A stretch of 64,000 nucleotides of DNA, taken from contig JANJGN010000021.1 of assembly GCA_026770705.1 (NCBI GenBank), positions 79,670,001 through 79,734,000 of the forward strand, given 5' to 3'. Position 1 is the stretch's first letter. Every line of letters begins with the position of its first letter. Shown here piece after piece: positions 14,463-29,400 of the stretch. Below the pieces are notes generated by a model. The model saw nothing but the letters and a program-made list of their open reading frames with translations. It had not been told where the DNA came from and did not search any database. This DNA is from Isurus oxyrinchus (Eukaryota). Made by a program: the position numbers and the translations under genes.

Positions 14463-17400
14463 CTGTATAGAGAGGGGCAAGAAAGGAATGAATGTCTCAC
14501 AGTGAAACACATGGTGAACATAACACAATGGAGAGACTGTTTAACAAATCAACACTCCTGGTGGAGAGTCTCACTCATTACTCGTACACATCAATTTGGA
14601 TGTCTGTTGGTCACAAATGTCCATTACTCTATGAACTACACACTCAAGAGGTCCATAATCTGAGAGTTACTGCTGCTAAGGGTGTACACAATATTGGTAT
14701 GCCCACAGTAAGAGCCCAGTATGCAATATTGGGTGTCCCATTATAGAAAGGACATTAAACTCATAAAAAGCACACAGCGTAGATTCACCAGGATGCTACC
14801 AAGAATGGGGAATGAGTTATGAGCAGGGATTTGAGATACTCAGAATCATGCAGCAGACAAGGAGGCCATCTGGCCCATTGTGCCTATGCTAGCTCTTTGA
14901 ATGAGCTATTCAATTGCTCTGTAAACATTTTCTGCTTTAAATATTTGTCTAATGACCATGTGAAAGTAAATGTTCAATCTGTCTCCAATATTCTTTCAGG
15001 CAAAGAGTTATTAAGACCTGGAATACACTGTATTAAAACATTCTCCTCAGAGAATTGGCCTCTAGATACTTTTCTTAATTATTTTAAATCTGTGTCCTCT
15101 GGTTACTGATCCTCCTGCTACTAGAAACGGTTCCTACCTATCTACTCTATCAAAACCCTTCATAATTGCGAACATTTCTAATAAATCTCCCTTTAATCTT
15201 CTTTGCTCCAAGGAGAAAAACCCCAGCCTCTCCAGTCTCTCCACACAGTGGACATCTCTGGTGCCAACTTACACCCTCTCCAAGGCCTCTGAGACTGTTT
15301 CCACTGAAGATAAGGATTAGACAATTTTTTATTTTTTGAATTATAAAGTGTTTTTATAGTGTTTTTTTTGTCTGGTTGGGGAATCAGAAACAAACAGTCG
15401 TTAGTTTAAAATGGTCAATTAGAGTATGAGGAGGGGGTTTAGGAAGTTTATACAAGGAGGGCTTTTGCAGTGCGGAATACTTTGTCACATGGAATGGTTC
15501 AAGCAAAGCCCACTGTAACAATGAAGTGCAATTTGCAAAAATATTTAAAATAGAAGAATTTGCCTGGAGTGGGGGCAGTGGGACTAGTTTAGGATAGAAA
15601 CAGGGTTATGGAGAGAGAGTGAGACAGTGAAACTGGTTTGGGTTTGACACAAGGATGCAGGGAGAGAATGGGGCAGTGGGATTAGTTTTGGATTGATGGA
15701 GGGGTATGTGCCGAAAGAAAGGCAGTGGGGTTAATTTGAGATTGAAACAGGGTTATTGAGATCGAATAGGGCAGTGACATTAGCTTTGGGTTGATGCAGG
15801 ATTAAAAAGGTAGAACGGTGAATTAATTTAGAGGGGTACATAAAGGGCAATTGGGGGAAAATGTTTCAGTTTAGTTAGTTAGGGATTGATACAGGGCTAT
15901 GGGGATAGATCAGGTTTAGCTTTGCAGGCTACGTTGTGAAGGGTGGTGTGATTAGTTTGGGATTGATACAGCACCAGTAGGCTATGTTGAAGTAGACACA
16001 AATTAAATCACAATACCAATGTGATTAAATGAAAATGCTGAGATTTAACACAATCACAACATCTACATTGATGAATAATAAAGACAAGGTGGCCACGCCC
16101 GGCAGGAACTAAATCAAAGAGGGCAATGAACTTCTTCTCTTCCTCTAAACATAAAATTGCTTTACAGCAACAATGTCATAAAAAGCTAATCAATTTGCAT
16201 ATAGCAAACAGCTTCTTCACGTCAAAATAAAACCTCATGCAAATATATGTTTTCAAAGAATACAACGTCATAAATGTTAAACTGTTTTTCTGAAAAACAA
16301 TTTAAACACATGCATAGGAATCGCAACACACGGTATGAATATGGGCTTTTGAGCATACAAATGCAGTTCACATGGGTGGATAACAGTGGAATAGGAGGAC
16401 AAACGTAAAATTATGTGGCAAATACACAGTTGGTGCAAATTTAAGATGCATAAAAAATAGCCAAGCACCTGAAAGATATTGACTGTATACAACAATACTC
16501 CTAGTGTAAACATAAAATACATGAAAAACCAAAAAATGTATGTTTATAGGGGTAAACACTAGACAGACCATAAACCCATGTGAGGGAAAAAAAAGTGAAA
16601 TATTCCCAATAAGAGTAAGTTCACCTTGTACTAGGCATAGAATAATCCTAAAACTTGAAGGGCGGAATCATCTATTCCCGTTTGTGGCGGCATCATCATT
16701 TTCTGCAGGAGCAGAAAGTATCGGGAGATCGCAAAATATCAGTTTATGTCATCATAAAGCCAGTTTGCGATCGTCTGCCCCACCCGTCAATGGTGGGCTG
16801 TGATTCCTGCCGCCACACATTGGGAACCTAATTTCAATACTTTAGCATCTCACTATAAACTCTCCTCACCAGAATCATCCCCCCCACGCTGGATTATCCA
16901 GGAAAGTTGGTTTGATTGCACGCTGACGTGTTTCACAAATGTATATAAGCAGCGTGCACCTAGCACATTACTTTTAGGGGAGCATACGGGCAGGTGTCTA
17001 CCCAACAGACCAGCTGTAATGCGGGGGTGACTTTTCAATGGTTGCAGAACGAGGCCTGTACTGGGGAAGGAGGGTATCCCGGGTGTGTGGAGGGCACATG
17101 TTGATCTATGCAAGTGGCCTCAAGATGGTGAGGACTGAGGAGGCAGTCTCCAGAGGAGATAAGGCCAGATGGAGATGTGAGGGTGTGTGTGTGAGAGAGT
17201 GAGTGGTGATATGCCTTGAGCTGGCAGTGAGTGAGATGCCAGTGAATGTGTGATGGGCTTGAGTGTGAGAGTTTAGAGTGATGAGATGGTTACCTTATCC
17301 TGGTGGCACGGAGGAGATCATTCATCTTCTTTCTACACTGGATGGCAAACCTCTTCTGTGCAGCGTTGGCAATGATCTTCACTGCCATCACCTACTAAAC

Positions 17401-20400
17401 TGGAGTAGTGAGATTGCTGGACCTCCTGTGGTCAGAGTGGGTTGGGGGCATCACGGTGGGCTCCAAAAGGCATTCCAGTGATGGGTCACTGAACTGTTCT
17501 TAGCTTTCAGGGCCATGTCTTCACTGGAGCAGTCCTGGGCTGCAAGCATTGAGAACTGTGTGCGTGGCTACAGTTTAGATATGGCACACAGAGTGAGGAA
17601 ACGGTGAGGTAATGGTATGGCAGGCAATTCAGAGGTTACCCGCCAGTGAGATGGTGTGTTTGCTGTGGCTGCATAATCGTTTTGAATGTCTTTGGGTCAT
17701 GGGCTGAATAACATGGGAGCACAGATGGCTCACCATATTGCGCTGCAGGCAGGGTCTGCGTGGGACTTCTGCCGCTCACTGGGAGTAAGGCAGTGGGGTC
17801 CTTAGCCTGCACCCTTCCCCCCAATCAATGGCCCCCCCATCACCTCTGAACTCACCTCCGGGGCAAGGACATTAAATTCAACTCAATGTCTTCAATGCAT
17901 AGCTGGTGAACAATGGAATCAGAGATCTGGTTTAAGAAACAGACTTGGCATATGGGCTTCCCACAGTCTGGCACACTGTGGTTTGCAAATTGCAGTGGGA
18001 TTTTCCCAGACCCAGCTAGGTGTCTGACAGAGGCACGGTAGCAACTGACTGTGGAAAGAATGGTAGTGACATGGGGACTGGCAGAAACTTCATCCCTGCA
18101 CCAGTGGTCTGCACAGTAAGTTTGCTGTCTGAGAACACAAGAATGGTTTAGCCTGCATAATAATGGGCCAAGGTGTTTGATAGATGGGCAGAACTTCAAT
18201 TGCACAAGGCAACCAGATGATTTGACTACCATGCAGTGTAGCACTGAAAAAGCCAGCAAATTTGAGTTTGTTGCCAGGGTCACATACAGAGTGGATGCAA
18301 AGCCATGCTTCTCAACAGCACTGTCTATGATGACTCAGATGAATGTCTAGTTAGAGAGAGCTCTGAAGAAGGGTCAAACGGACTTGAAATGTTAACTTTG
18401 TTTTTCTCTCTCCACAGATGCTGTCAGACCTGCTGAGCTTTCCAGCATTTTCTGTTTTTGTTTCAGATTTCCAGCATCTGCAGTATTTTGCTTTTAGATT
18501 GCAAGGTACCCAGAGATCAAATCCATCCCAGAATAGTCGTAGTCTTAGGGCCAGACAGTCGATATCACATTGTGACAGATCACGTAGCACGCATTGCCAG
18601 TTGTGAACAGTTGAGGTCATCTGCAAGTTTGACGACCATGTCCTCCAACAGAAGATCACATATCACACGGCATATCAATGCATCAAGGACAGTTGTAGAT
18701 CCAGACATGTCCATGGCAGATTGAATGTATACACAAACACCTTTATAGTGCCTGACCACCCCACAGTACTTCATTCAATATCCAGTTAATGGAATCTGGT
18801 AAAAGGCATTGGTTAGATCTCTTACAATGATGATGTGTTTCCACTGGGCAATCTTGTGTAAGATTGAGTCAACATCTGACATGAGTGAATGATGCAGCTT
18901 ACTGGAGCGGCCAACATCAGTGAATGCTGCGACAAGCTGAAAACCCCAATGTGACTTCTTTATGAGAAATGATGGGTGAAGGTATTCCACAGTGATCCCC
19001 ACATCTTCAGGCTGGGCAAAGACTCCGAGGCTTTCAAGATCATCAATTTTTCTTTGCAACTCAACAAGTTTGTTTCTGCAGAGGCTATGGGCCCTGATAA
19101 TATTCCGGCAATAGTACTGAAAACTTGTGCTCCAGAACTTGACGTGCCTAGCCAAGCTGTTTCAGTACAGCTACAAAACTGGCATCTACCTGGCTATGTG
19201 GAAAATTGCCCAGGTATGTCCTGTACACAAAATGCAGGTATACTGGGGGAGGCGACACTTTCACTGTGGAGGTTGTATGGGTCCCATGTTGACAGTAGTC
19301 TTGAGGAGGTTATACAGGTCTCATGTTGATAGAAGCCTTCAGGTGGTTGTATGGGTCCCATATTGACACTAACCTTGAGGAGGATGTATGGGTCTCATGC
19401 TGACAGTAGCCTTGAGGAGGCTGAATGGATCCCATGATGAAACTAGCCTTGAAGGGTCCAGCCTTGCCATTGTAACCTGGGAATGCTGGATTGAAGACGT
19501 CATCATAATCCTGAAGGAGTGCATAGAATTTAGGAAGATGGTTGTGGCTGTTTGAGGCCAATCATCTCTGTTCCACGATACCACTACAGGAGTTCCTCAG
19601 GGCAGTGTCCTCCGCCCAACCATCTTCAGCTGCTTCAATGACCTTCCTTCCATCATAAGGTCAGAAGTGGGGATGTTTGCTGATGATTGCACAATGTTCA
19701 GCACCGTTCATGATTCCTCAGATACTGAAGCAGCCCATGCGCAAATGCAGCAAGACCTGGACAATATCCAGGCTTGGACTGATAAGTAGCAAGTAACATT
19801 TGGAGTGAACCAAAGTGGCATCTGTGATGCTGGGGTCCTCTGGAGGAGGCCGAGGTGGATCATCTGCTTGGTGGCACTTCTGGCTGAAGATTGTAGCAAA
19901 TGCTTCAGCCCTATCTTTTGCACTGCTCTGCTGGTCTCCCCCATCATTGAGGATGGAGATATTTGTGAAGCCTCCTCCTCCAATGAGTTGTTTAATTGTA
20001 TACCATCATTCATGCCTGGATGTGGCAGGACTGCAAAGCTTAGATCTGATCCACTGGTTGTGGGGAATGTATTAAGTTTACGACAGTATTGAGAGCAGGA
20101 GAATGGAAGGGATGAGGGAGTGAGAGAAGAAAGAGGAAAGAGAAAGAAAGGGAGAGAGTGAGAAATGGGGAGAGTAAAAGGGCAAGGAGCAAAGAGAGAG
20201 TGTGAAAAATTAAATATTGAAAACAAACAAAGCCTCTTGGTGGGGAAAACTGGTTGAGGGTGAGGAGCTTTCTGACCTTTCACCATTCAGTGAGTGGAAG
20301 TGGCTGGAGTGTTAAGGGGAGGTGAGTGAGCAAGGGGGAAGAGGAGATTACAGAGATCGGGTGGGCAGCTCAAAGGGGAAGATTGGAGTGAGGGGATGGG

Positions 20401-23400
20401 AGATGTAGTTGGAGCAAGGGGGGGAGGATGACTGATTGGGGAGGGGGTGGAAAGGAAACCAAATAGGACCAATGTTATCTGTATAATATCCAACCAAAAT
20501 GCAGCATGCAGTCCTCTGTGTATGGAGATAGAGAGAGAAGCAAAGGTTAGAGAGCATTAGCAATAAAATCAAGGATAGAGTAAGCCTGGGTCATGCTTGC
20601 GGACAGACCGAAGGTGTTCCGCAAAGCGGTCACCCAGTCTGCGTTTGGTCTCTCCAATGTAGAGGAGACCGCATTGGGAGCAGCGAATGCAGTAGACTAA
20701 ATTGAGGGAAGTGCAAGTGAAATGCTGCTTCACTTGAAAGGAGTGTTTGGGCCCTTGGATGGGGAGGAGGGGGCAAGTAAAGGGGCAGGTGTTGCACTTT
20801 CCGTAGTTGAATGGGAAGGTGCCGTGGGAGGGGGCTGAGGTGTAAGGGGGAGATGGAGGAGTGGACCAGGGTGTCCCGCTGGGAGCGATCCCTGCGGAAA
20901 GTCGCCGGGGGGAGAAAGGAAGATGTGTTTGTAGTGGCATCATGCTGGAGTTGGTGGAAATGGCAGAGGATGATCCTTTGAACAGTGGGGTGGTAAGTGA
21001 GGACAAGGGGACCCTATCATGGTTCTGGGAGGGAGAGGAAGGTGTGAGGGCGGATTGCGGGAGATGAGCCAGACACGGTTGAGGGCCCTGTCAACGACCG
21101 TGGGTGGAAAACATCCTCATCCTCCGCCATTTCCGCCAACTCCAGAATGATGCCACTACTAAACACATCTTCCCTTCGCACCCCCCCAGCCCCCTCCCCC
21201 GGCGGCTTTCCGCAGGGATCGTTCCCTCTGGGACATCCTGGTCCACTCCTCCGTCACCCCCTACACCTCAACCACCTCCCATGGCACCTTCCTATGCAAC
21301 CACAGAAGGTGCAACACCTGCCCCTTTACTTCCCCCCTCCTCGCTGTTCAAGGCCCAAACACTCCTTTCAGGTGAAGCAGCATTTCACTTGCACTTCCCT
21401 CAACTTAGTCTACTGCATTCGCTGCTCCCAATGTGATCTCCTCTACTTTGGAGAGACCAAATGCAAACTGGGTGGCCATTTTGTGGAACACCTTCGGTCT
21501 GTCTACAAGCATGACTCAGACCCCCCCTGTAGCTTGCCATTTCAACACTCCACCCTGCTCTCATGCCCACATGTCTGTCCTTGGCCTGCTGCAATGTTCC
21601 AGGGAAGCTTAATGCAAACTGGAGGAACGGCACCTCATCTTCCGACTAGGCACTTTACAGTCTTCTGGACTTAATATTGAGTTCAACAATTTCAGATCAT
21701 AAGCTCTCTCTTCCATCCCCAGCCCCTGTCCGATCCCCCTTTTTCCAATAATTTATCATTTTTTTTACAACTATTTTTTTCTTTTCCCTCCTATTTTTAA
21801 ATTTATTTCGATCTATTGTTTCATCTCCACCTCTTTGCCCATTTCGATCCCTTCCCCCCACCCTACCCGCACTAGGGCCATCTGCCACTAGCTTGCTTCC
21901 CTTAATGTCCCCATTAGCACATCCTTTAGAATAATATCACCACCATCAACACCTGTTTGTCCTTTTGTCTATGACATCTTTGACAGTCTCTTTTGGCCTC
22001 CACCTATCACTGGCACCCTATTGAGCTCTCCTGTCCCACCCCCTTCTACCAGCTTATACTTCATCTCATTTCTATATGTCTTAGTTCTGATGATGGGTCA
22101 TACGGACTCGAAACATCAACTGTATCCCTCTCCGCATATGCTGTCAGACCTGCTGAGTTTTTCCAGGTATTTTTGTTTTTGTTCTAGATTTCCAGCATCC
22201 ACAGCATTTTGCTTTTCTCTTAGATAATCAAATCTGTACTCACCCCAGAATACGGTTGCAGATTCCTCCAGGGCTTCATGATTCACATGGCAGGAATACA
22301 TGTCTCCTGGACTCGGGATGAAGTTCAAATATGTGAATCTCTGGAAGGAATAATCCTTTTTTATATAGTACTCTGTGATGAAGTCGCCATCAGTCATTGG
22401 TTCATTGTTCTTTTTCCACTTCATGGTGATGTGTGGAGGGTGGAATCCATCAGCATGACAGATCAATGTGTTGGACTGACCCCATTCTACAGAGTTTTCA
22501 GAGTACATGGCAATTTGAGGAGGAACTGTGGGAAGAGACAGGGCACGGCATGGGTACAATTAACCAATGTGATGTAGCAGGATCAACAAAACATAATGGT
22601 CTACGGAGTGTAGAAAGTGAGTGACCATGACCAATTCATAAATTAATAGTAGATCACCAGGTCAGATCTGAAATGAGACTACTTTAAAATCAATCTAAAT
22701 AAAGTAAGAGTTTACATTTGAATAGTACCTTATCATATGACCAAGTACCTTACATTCAATGATTTCCACCAGTTATATGTACAGCAAGATGCTGAAAATA
22801 GCAAGTAAGACGAAAGACAAATTCATTTGTATCTGGTGTTGGCTGGGGTTAAACCTTGTTCAGGGAGCTGGGAAACTCTTTGCCCTTCTTTCAATAATGC
22901 CGTGAGGTCTTTTGCATCAAAATCTGAGGGCAAATTGGACCTCGGTTTATCATTACAGCCAAAAATTCAATCAATGATCTCCCAATGCTTCAGTTTTGTT
23001 TTGAGACAATCAAGGTTGTATTTCTTAGTCACCCTGAAAAGGTGATGCTGGGCCCTACTGAGGGACTAACTAAGGACAGTCTATTTTAAATATAGTACTG
23101 TGCACTGAGACAGGGTTAATCGGTAATCTTATAGTAAGGAAGAATCTGGGGAAGAGTAATCATAATGGGCTAGAATATTAAATTAATTTTGACAATGGTA
23201 TGGTTAAGTCTAAAATAGAAGTATTAAGTTTAGATAAAGCTAATTAGAGAGGTATTTGCAGACGAGTTGGCTGACATAAAATTGGGAAATTACATTAAAA
23301 GATAAGATGACAGGTAAATGGAAAACATTTAAATGAATAATTCCTAACAAATACACATTCCCTTGAGGAATAAAAAAATAATTGGAAAAGTGGTATAGCC

Positions 23401-26400
23401 GTGGCTAACTACAGAAGTTAAAGATAGTACAAAACAGAATACTGCAGACGTTGGAATTTAGAAAACAGAAAATAGTGGGAAAACTTATCAGGTGAGGCAA
23501 CATCTGTCGAGAGGTAAACGGAGCTCATGTTTCAATCAGAGACCTTTCTTCATAAGTTAAAGATAGTATTGGATTAAAAGAAGCAGTTTACATTGACTTA
23601 CTACAAATTTTAGAAACAGAGTATTAGGGGGATTTTAAAAATCAGCAAAGCATGCTCTAGAACTTGATAAGAAAGAAATAGAATGAAACTAAACTGGCAA
23701 GAAATATAAAAACAGATTGTAAGACCTTCAAGAATAAGAGAATAATGACATCTTAGGCAGATGGGTAGAATTATACAAAATAATTATTCTCTAAAGAAAG
23801 AGGGAAATAAACTACCATTACAAAGAAAGTAGAAAGACTGCCAATCATGAAAACAGAAGTAATACAAGCGATCAAGGAAATGAAGAAGGGTAAAGCTATG
23901 GGACCAGATGACATATGCATAGAAATGATATTGGCATTAGAAGAATTTTGATTCCAAGAGATCCTTGTAAGCCACTATTTATAGCACTATCCAAAAGACC
24001 AGATGCAACAGAATGTAATCTGCCTCATGAGTCACATATCAAAATCATTCTAAGAATTACCATGAGAACATGAAGCAGAATTAGACCAGAGATATCAGAA
24101 GAACAAAATGGGTTCATAGAAGGAAAAGGAACAAGAAATGGTGTTGAGAATTATAATGGACAGAGTAATAGAAGTCCAATGTGATGTTTGGCTATGCTTT
24201 ATACATTAAACCAAGACATTTGGCAGAGAGTGAGGCATGAACAGGTGTCTGAAATACTTCGTAACCTGGACATAGAAAGGAAAGATTTAAGACTGCTTCA
24301 GGACTTATACTTGGAATAAAAGCAACAGACAGAATAGACAATGCGTATAGTGAATAACAAGAGGTAAAAAGAGAAGTGTGACAAGGCTGTGTTCTGTCTC
24401 AAGATCTTTTCAATCTTTACAGTGAAATGATTGTAAGACAGCTATCAGTGTTACCAGAAATTTCAGTAAGGGGACGGTGGGGGGGGGGGGGGGCTGCTGG
24501 AGAAGGAGTAGCAGAGAGGAGGGGTAGGATAAAGGCGAAGACAGAGACGAAGACGAAGATGTAGAAGATGAAGGTGACAACAAAGAAGATAACAACAAAG
24601 AGGAAGAAGAAAGAAGAAAAGGAGCATGTAAACAGGAGGAGGGTAACAGATGTAAATGTGGGACCCTTAGAGGCTGCAACAGGAGAATAAAGAAATGATA
24701 GAAATGTTAAACAAATAGTGCGTCTTTACAATAGATGACACAAAGAGCATATTGGAAATTATGGGCAACTAAGGATCTAATAAGAGATGAGGAACTTAAA
24801 GTAATTAACATTAGTAAAGAAAATGTACTGGTGAAAATAATGGGAAACAATGGCCAACAAATCTCCTGGATGGCCTACATACAATGGTTTTAAAAGAGGT
24901 AGCTATAGGGGTAATGAATCCATTGCTCTTTATCTTCCAGAATTCCCTAGATTCTAGAATGGTTCCAGTGAATTGGAAAGGTAACTCTGCTATTCAAGAA
25001 AGGAGGGAGCGAGAAAATAGGGAACTAAGGGCCAGTTAGCCTCACATCAGTGGTAGGGGAAATGTTGGCATTTATTAGTAAAGATGTGGTGGCAATGAAC
25101 TTAGAAAATACATAAGAACAAAAGAAATAGGAGGAGTAGGCCATTTGGCCCCTTGAGCTTGCTCTGCCATTCAATAAGATCATGGCTGACCTGCCCCAGG
25201 CCTCAACTCCTCTTTTGTGCCAGCTCATCGTAGCTCTCAATGGTGTACTAAGCCTGAATATGAGGAGGATTTCAAAAATCAGCAAAGCATGCTCTGGAAA
25301 TTGATAGAGAGAGAGAAATAGAATGAAACTAAACTAGCAAGAAATATAAAAACAGATTGTAAGACCTTTAAAAATAGGAGAAAAATGACATCTTAGGCAG
25401 ATGGGCAGAATATACAAAAGAGTTATTCTCTAATGAAAGAGGGGAGTAAACAACCATTACAAAGAAAATAGAAAGACCACCAATTGTGAAAGACATAAAT
25501 ATTAAGCTGAAATAGAAGTCATATTTGACAAATCTATTAAAAGTTTTTTTGAGGGTATAACTAATAGGGTAGATAAGAGGGATTCAGTAGATGGGCTATA
25601 TTTGGGTTTTGAGAAGACATTTGATAAATTGCCTCACGTGTTGCACAGAAGATTAGGGATCATGTGATTGAGTAATATATTAGCATGGACTAGAGAATTG
25701 GTTAATGAACAGAAAACAGAATAAGAATAAATGGAACATTTTTGGTTGGCAAGCTCTTACTATGGGGATGCAGCTAGGATCAGTACTTGTGTGTCATCTG
25801 TTTACAATTTATATCAATAACTTGGATTAGGGTTCCCAGTGTAACCTAAGTTTGTTAATAACACAAAGCTAGGTGGGTAAGTAAGTTGTGAGAAGGATGT
25901 AAAAAGGTTACAAAGGAATATATGTAAGTTTAACTGAGTGTACAAGAAGATGACAGATGCAATATAATGTAGAGAAATAATAAATTATCCACTTTGACAG
26001 TGAAGAATGGAAAAGCAGAATATCTTTGCAAGGTGAGAGGCTAGCAAATGTTAACATTCAAAGGGTGTGGGGTTCTTGCACATGACTCATAGAATCATAG
26101 AAATCTAACATGCAGGTACAGCTTGGCATGTTAACCTGTTGAAGTATAAGAGTAAGAAGTCTTGCTGGAATAATATAGGGCTTTGGTGACATCACACCTG
26201 GAGCACAGTTTTAATCCCATCTCTAAGGAAGGTTAGACTTGTCTTAAGAGGGAGCAGAACAAAGGTTCACCAGGCTGATTCCTGCAATTACAGATTGAGC
26301 AGAATGGGTGTATATTCTCTGGCGTTTAGAAAAATGAAGGTGATCTCATTGAAACATCCAAGATTCTGAGAAGGTTTGGCAGTGCAGATGCTGAATAGAT

Positions 26401-29400
26401 GTTTCTCCTGGCTGGGGAATCTAGAACATGGGTCAGCCATTCAGGACTGAGATGAGGAGGAGTTTCAACAGAGAGTTGCGAATCTCAGAACTCTCTGGCC
26501 CACAGAGCTATGGATGCCCAGTCATCGAGTATATTCAAGATTAATAACGATAGATTTTAGTACAGTAAGGGATATGGGGAAAGAATTAGAAAGTGCAATT
26601 AATATGGAAGTACAACCATGATCTTACTGAATGGCAGAGCATGCTCAACATGCTGAATGGCCCACTCCTGCTCCTAATTCTTATGCTTTTATGTTTTTCT
26701 TGAATTGTTGTAGTTCTCTACTGATGATGATGGTGCTTCCATTAGGTAGGAAATTGCAGGATATTTACTCAGTGATACTGAAGGACTCTGCAAAGCAGGA
26801 TATGGTATATGATCTGGAGAGCTGCTTGGATGGTGGTGGTGTTTCACACATTTCAATGGCAGGGGTTGCAGAAGTGGGAGGTGCTCTTGGAGTAATCTTG
26901 GTGAGTTGCTAACATGGCAGTCTAAATAACCCGCTAAACTTTCTACAGAGAAGAAAAGAGTTGACGTTTCGAGTCCTCATGACCCTTTGACAGAACTTGA
27001 GTTCAAATCCAAGAAAGAGTTGAAATATAAGCTGGTTTAAGGTGTGTGTGTGGGGGGCGGAGAGATAAAGAGAGAGAGGTGGTGGGGGGGGTGTGGTTGT
27101 ATGGACAAACAAGCAGTGATAGAAGCAGATCATCAAAAGATATCAAGGACAATGGTACAATAGAACACATAGGTGTTAAAGTTAAAGTTGGTGATATTAT
27201 CTAAACGAATGTGCTAATTAAGAATGGATGGTAGGGCACTCAAGGTATAGCTCTAGTGGGGGTGTTTTTTTTTTATAATGGAAATAGGTGGGAAAAGGAA
27301 AATCTTTATAATTTATTGGAAAAAAAAGGAAGGGGGAAACAGAAAGGGGGTGGGGATGGGGGAGGGAGCTCACGACCTAAAGTTGTTGAATTCAATATTT
27401 AGTCCGGAAGGCTGTAAGGTGCCTAGTCGGAAGATGAGGTGTTGCTCCTCCAGTTTGCGTTGGGCTTCACTGGAACAATGCAGCAAGCCAAGGACAGACA
27501 TGTGGGCAAGAGAGCAGGGTGGAGTGTTAAAATGGCAAGCGACAGGGAGGTTTGGGTCATTCTTGCGGACAGACTGCAGGTGTTCTGCAAAGCGGTCGCC
27601 CAGTTTACGTTTGGTCTCTCCAATGTAGAGGAGACCACATTGGGAGCAACGAATGCAGTAGACTAAGTTGGGGGAAATGCAAGTGAAATGCTGCTTCACT
27701 TGAAAGGAGTGTTTGGGCCCTTGGACGGGGAGGAGAGAGGAAGTGAAGGGGCAGGTGTTACATCTTTTGCATGGGCATGGGGTGGTGCCATAGGAGGGGG
27801 TTGAGGAGTAGGGGGTGATGGAGGAGTGGACCCTCTCCTATGGCACCACCCCATGCCCACGCAAAAGATGCAACACCTGCCCCTTCACTTCCTCTCTCCT
27901 CACCGTCCAAGGGCCCAAACACTCCTTTCAAGTGAAGCAGCATTTCACTTGCATTTCCCCCAACTTAGTCTACTGCATTCGTTGCTCCCAATGTGGTCTC
28001 CTCTACATTGGAGAGACCAAACGTAAACTGGGCAACCGCTTTGCAGAACACCTGCGGTCTGTCCGCAAGAATGACCCAAACCTCCCTGTCGCTTGCCATT
28101 TTAACACTCCACCCTGCTCTCATGCCCACATGTCTGTCCTTGGCTTGCTGCATTGTTCCAGTGAAGCCCAACGCAAACTGGAGGAACAACACCTCATCTT
28201 CCGACTAGGCACTTTACAGCCTTCCGGACTGAATATTGAATTCAACAACTTTAGGTCGTGAGCTCCCTCCTCTATCCCCACCCCCTTTCTGTTTCCCCCT
28301 TCCTTTTTTTTCCAATAAATTATAAAGATTTTCCTTTTCCCACCTATTTCCATTACAAAAAAAAACACCCCCACTAGAGCTATACCTTGAGTGCCCTACC
28401 ATCCATTCTTAATTAGCACATTCGTTTAGATATCACCAACTTTAACTTTAACACCTATGTGTTCTATTGTACCATTGTCGTTGACATCTTTTGATGATCT
28501 GCTTCTATCACTGCTTGTTTGTCCATACAACCACAGCCCCCACCGCCCCCCCACCACCTCTCTCTATCTCTCCGCCCCCCACACACACACCTTAAACCAG
28601 CTTATATTTCAACTCTTTCTTGGACTCGAACTCAAGTTCTGTCGAAGGGTCATGAGGACTTGAAACGTCAACTCTTTTCTTCTCCGCCGATGCTGCCAGA
28701 CCTGCTGAGTTTTTCCAGGTAATTCTGTTTTTGTTTTGGATTTCCAGCATCTGCAGTTTTTTTGTTTTTAAACTTTCTACAGTTGAGCTTGAATCCCCAA
28801 AGACTCTGACTAAAGGCCAAGTGCTACCAACTGAGCCAATCAGACATTTATACTTTTAAAAATCTTGGCCTGGAGTTTCCACTTGTTTGCACTGGTTTCC
28901 TTGCACAACTCCAATATCACCATAACTGGCTCAAAGGATTGCAGAATTTTAAAGGCAAATTGCGTTCAGTGTAACATGGTTTTCTGTGAGCTTTTGGTGC
29001 TAGCTTTGAAAGTATTGCGCTAAAAGTGGACACTGCCAGTAAAACTGACTATACCCCAAATCAGATGCCCCCAGATCAAACTGATCATCGTTGAGATCTT
29101 CTGCTAATTAGACTTGTTTGTGAGCCTGCGAGGAACTCTTAAAGTTAGCATGTTTCTTTTGGTAACAAGGGTAGTGGCAGGTACATTTTAAAATGGTTTG
29201 ATTGAAATGTTTACTAAGGAACTCACTGCTGTATAACAATATAACCAGAAAAGAGGTTTGTGTATTTTCTTAAAAGTTTTTAAAAATAGGCTCACTCACA
29301 GGCAGTGAATTAACTCTGATTTGAAAAGATGATTAGGAACATAGAAACAGAGCATAAAATTTCTTGGATGAGCTTGCTGCTGGGTTCCCCCCTCCCCCAA

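Larger units (their letters stand above)
17860..19570 (-). mobile_element. LTR retrotransposon pol relic, interrupted by Penelope, HER1 and a 37-bp tandem repeat
   Basis: [23 protein letters not shown] (RT); [13 protein letters not shown]; IN-like fragments. Confidence 0.65.

Noticed and set aside
24410-24679. Ser/Leu-rich ORF
   Set aside because: Translation of a purine-rich simple repeat and poly-G.
27370-28261. Host GIY-YIG nuclease genes
   Set aside because: 5'-truncated Penelope fragments without RT, bounded by a TSD.
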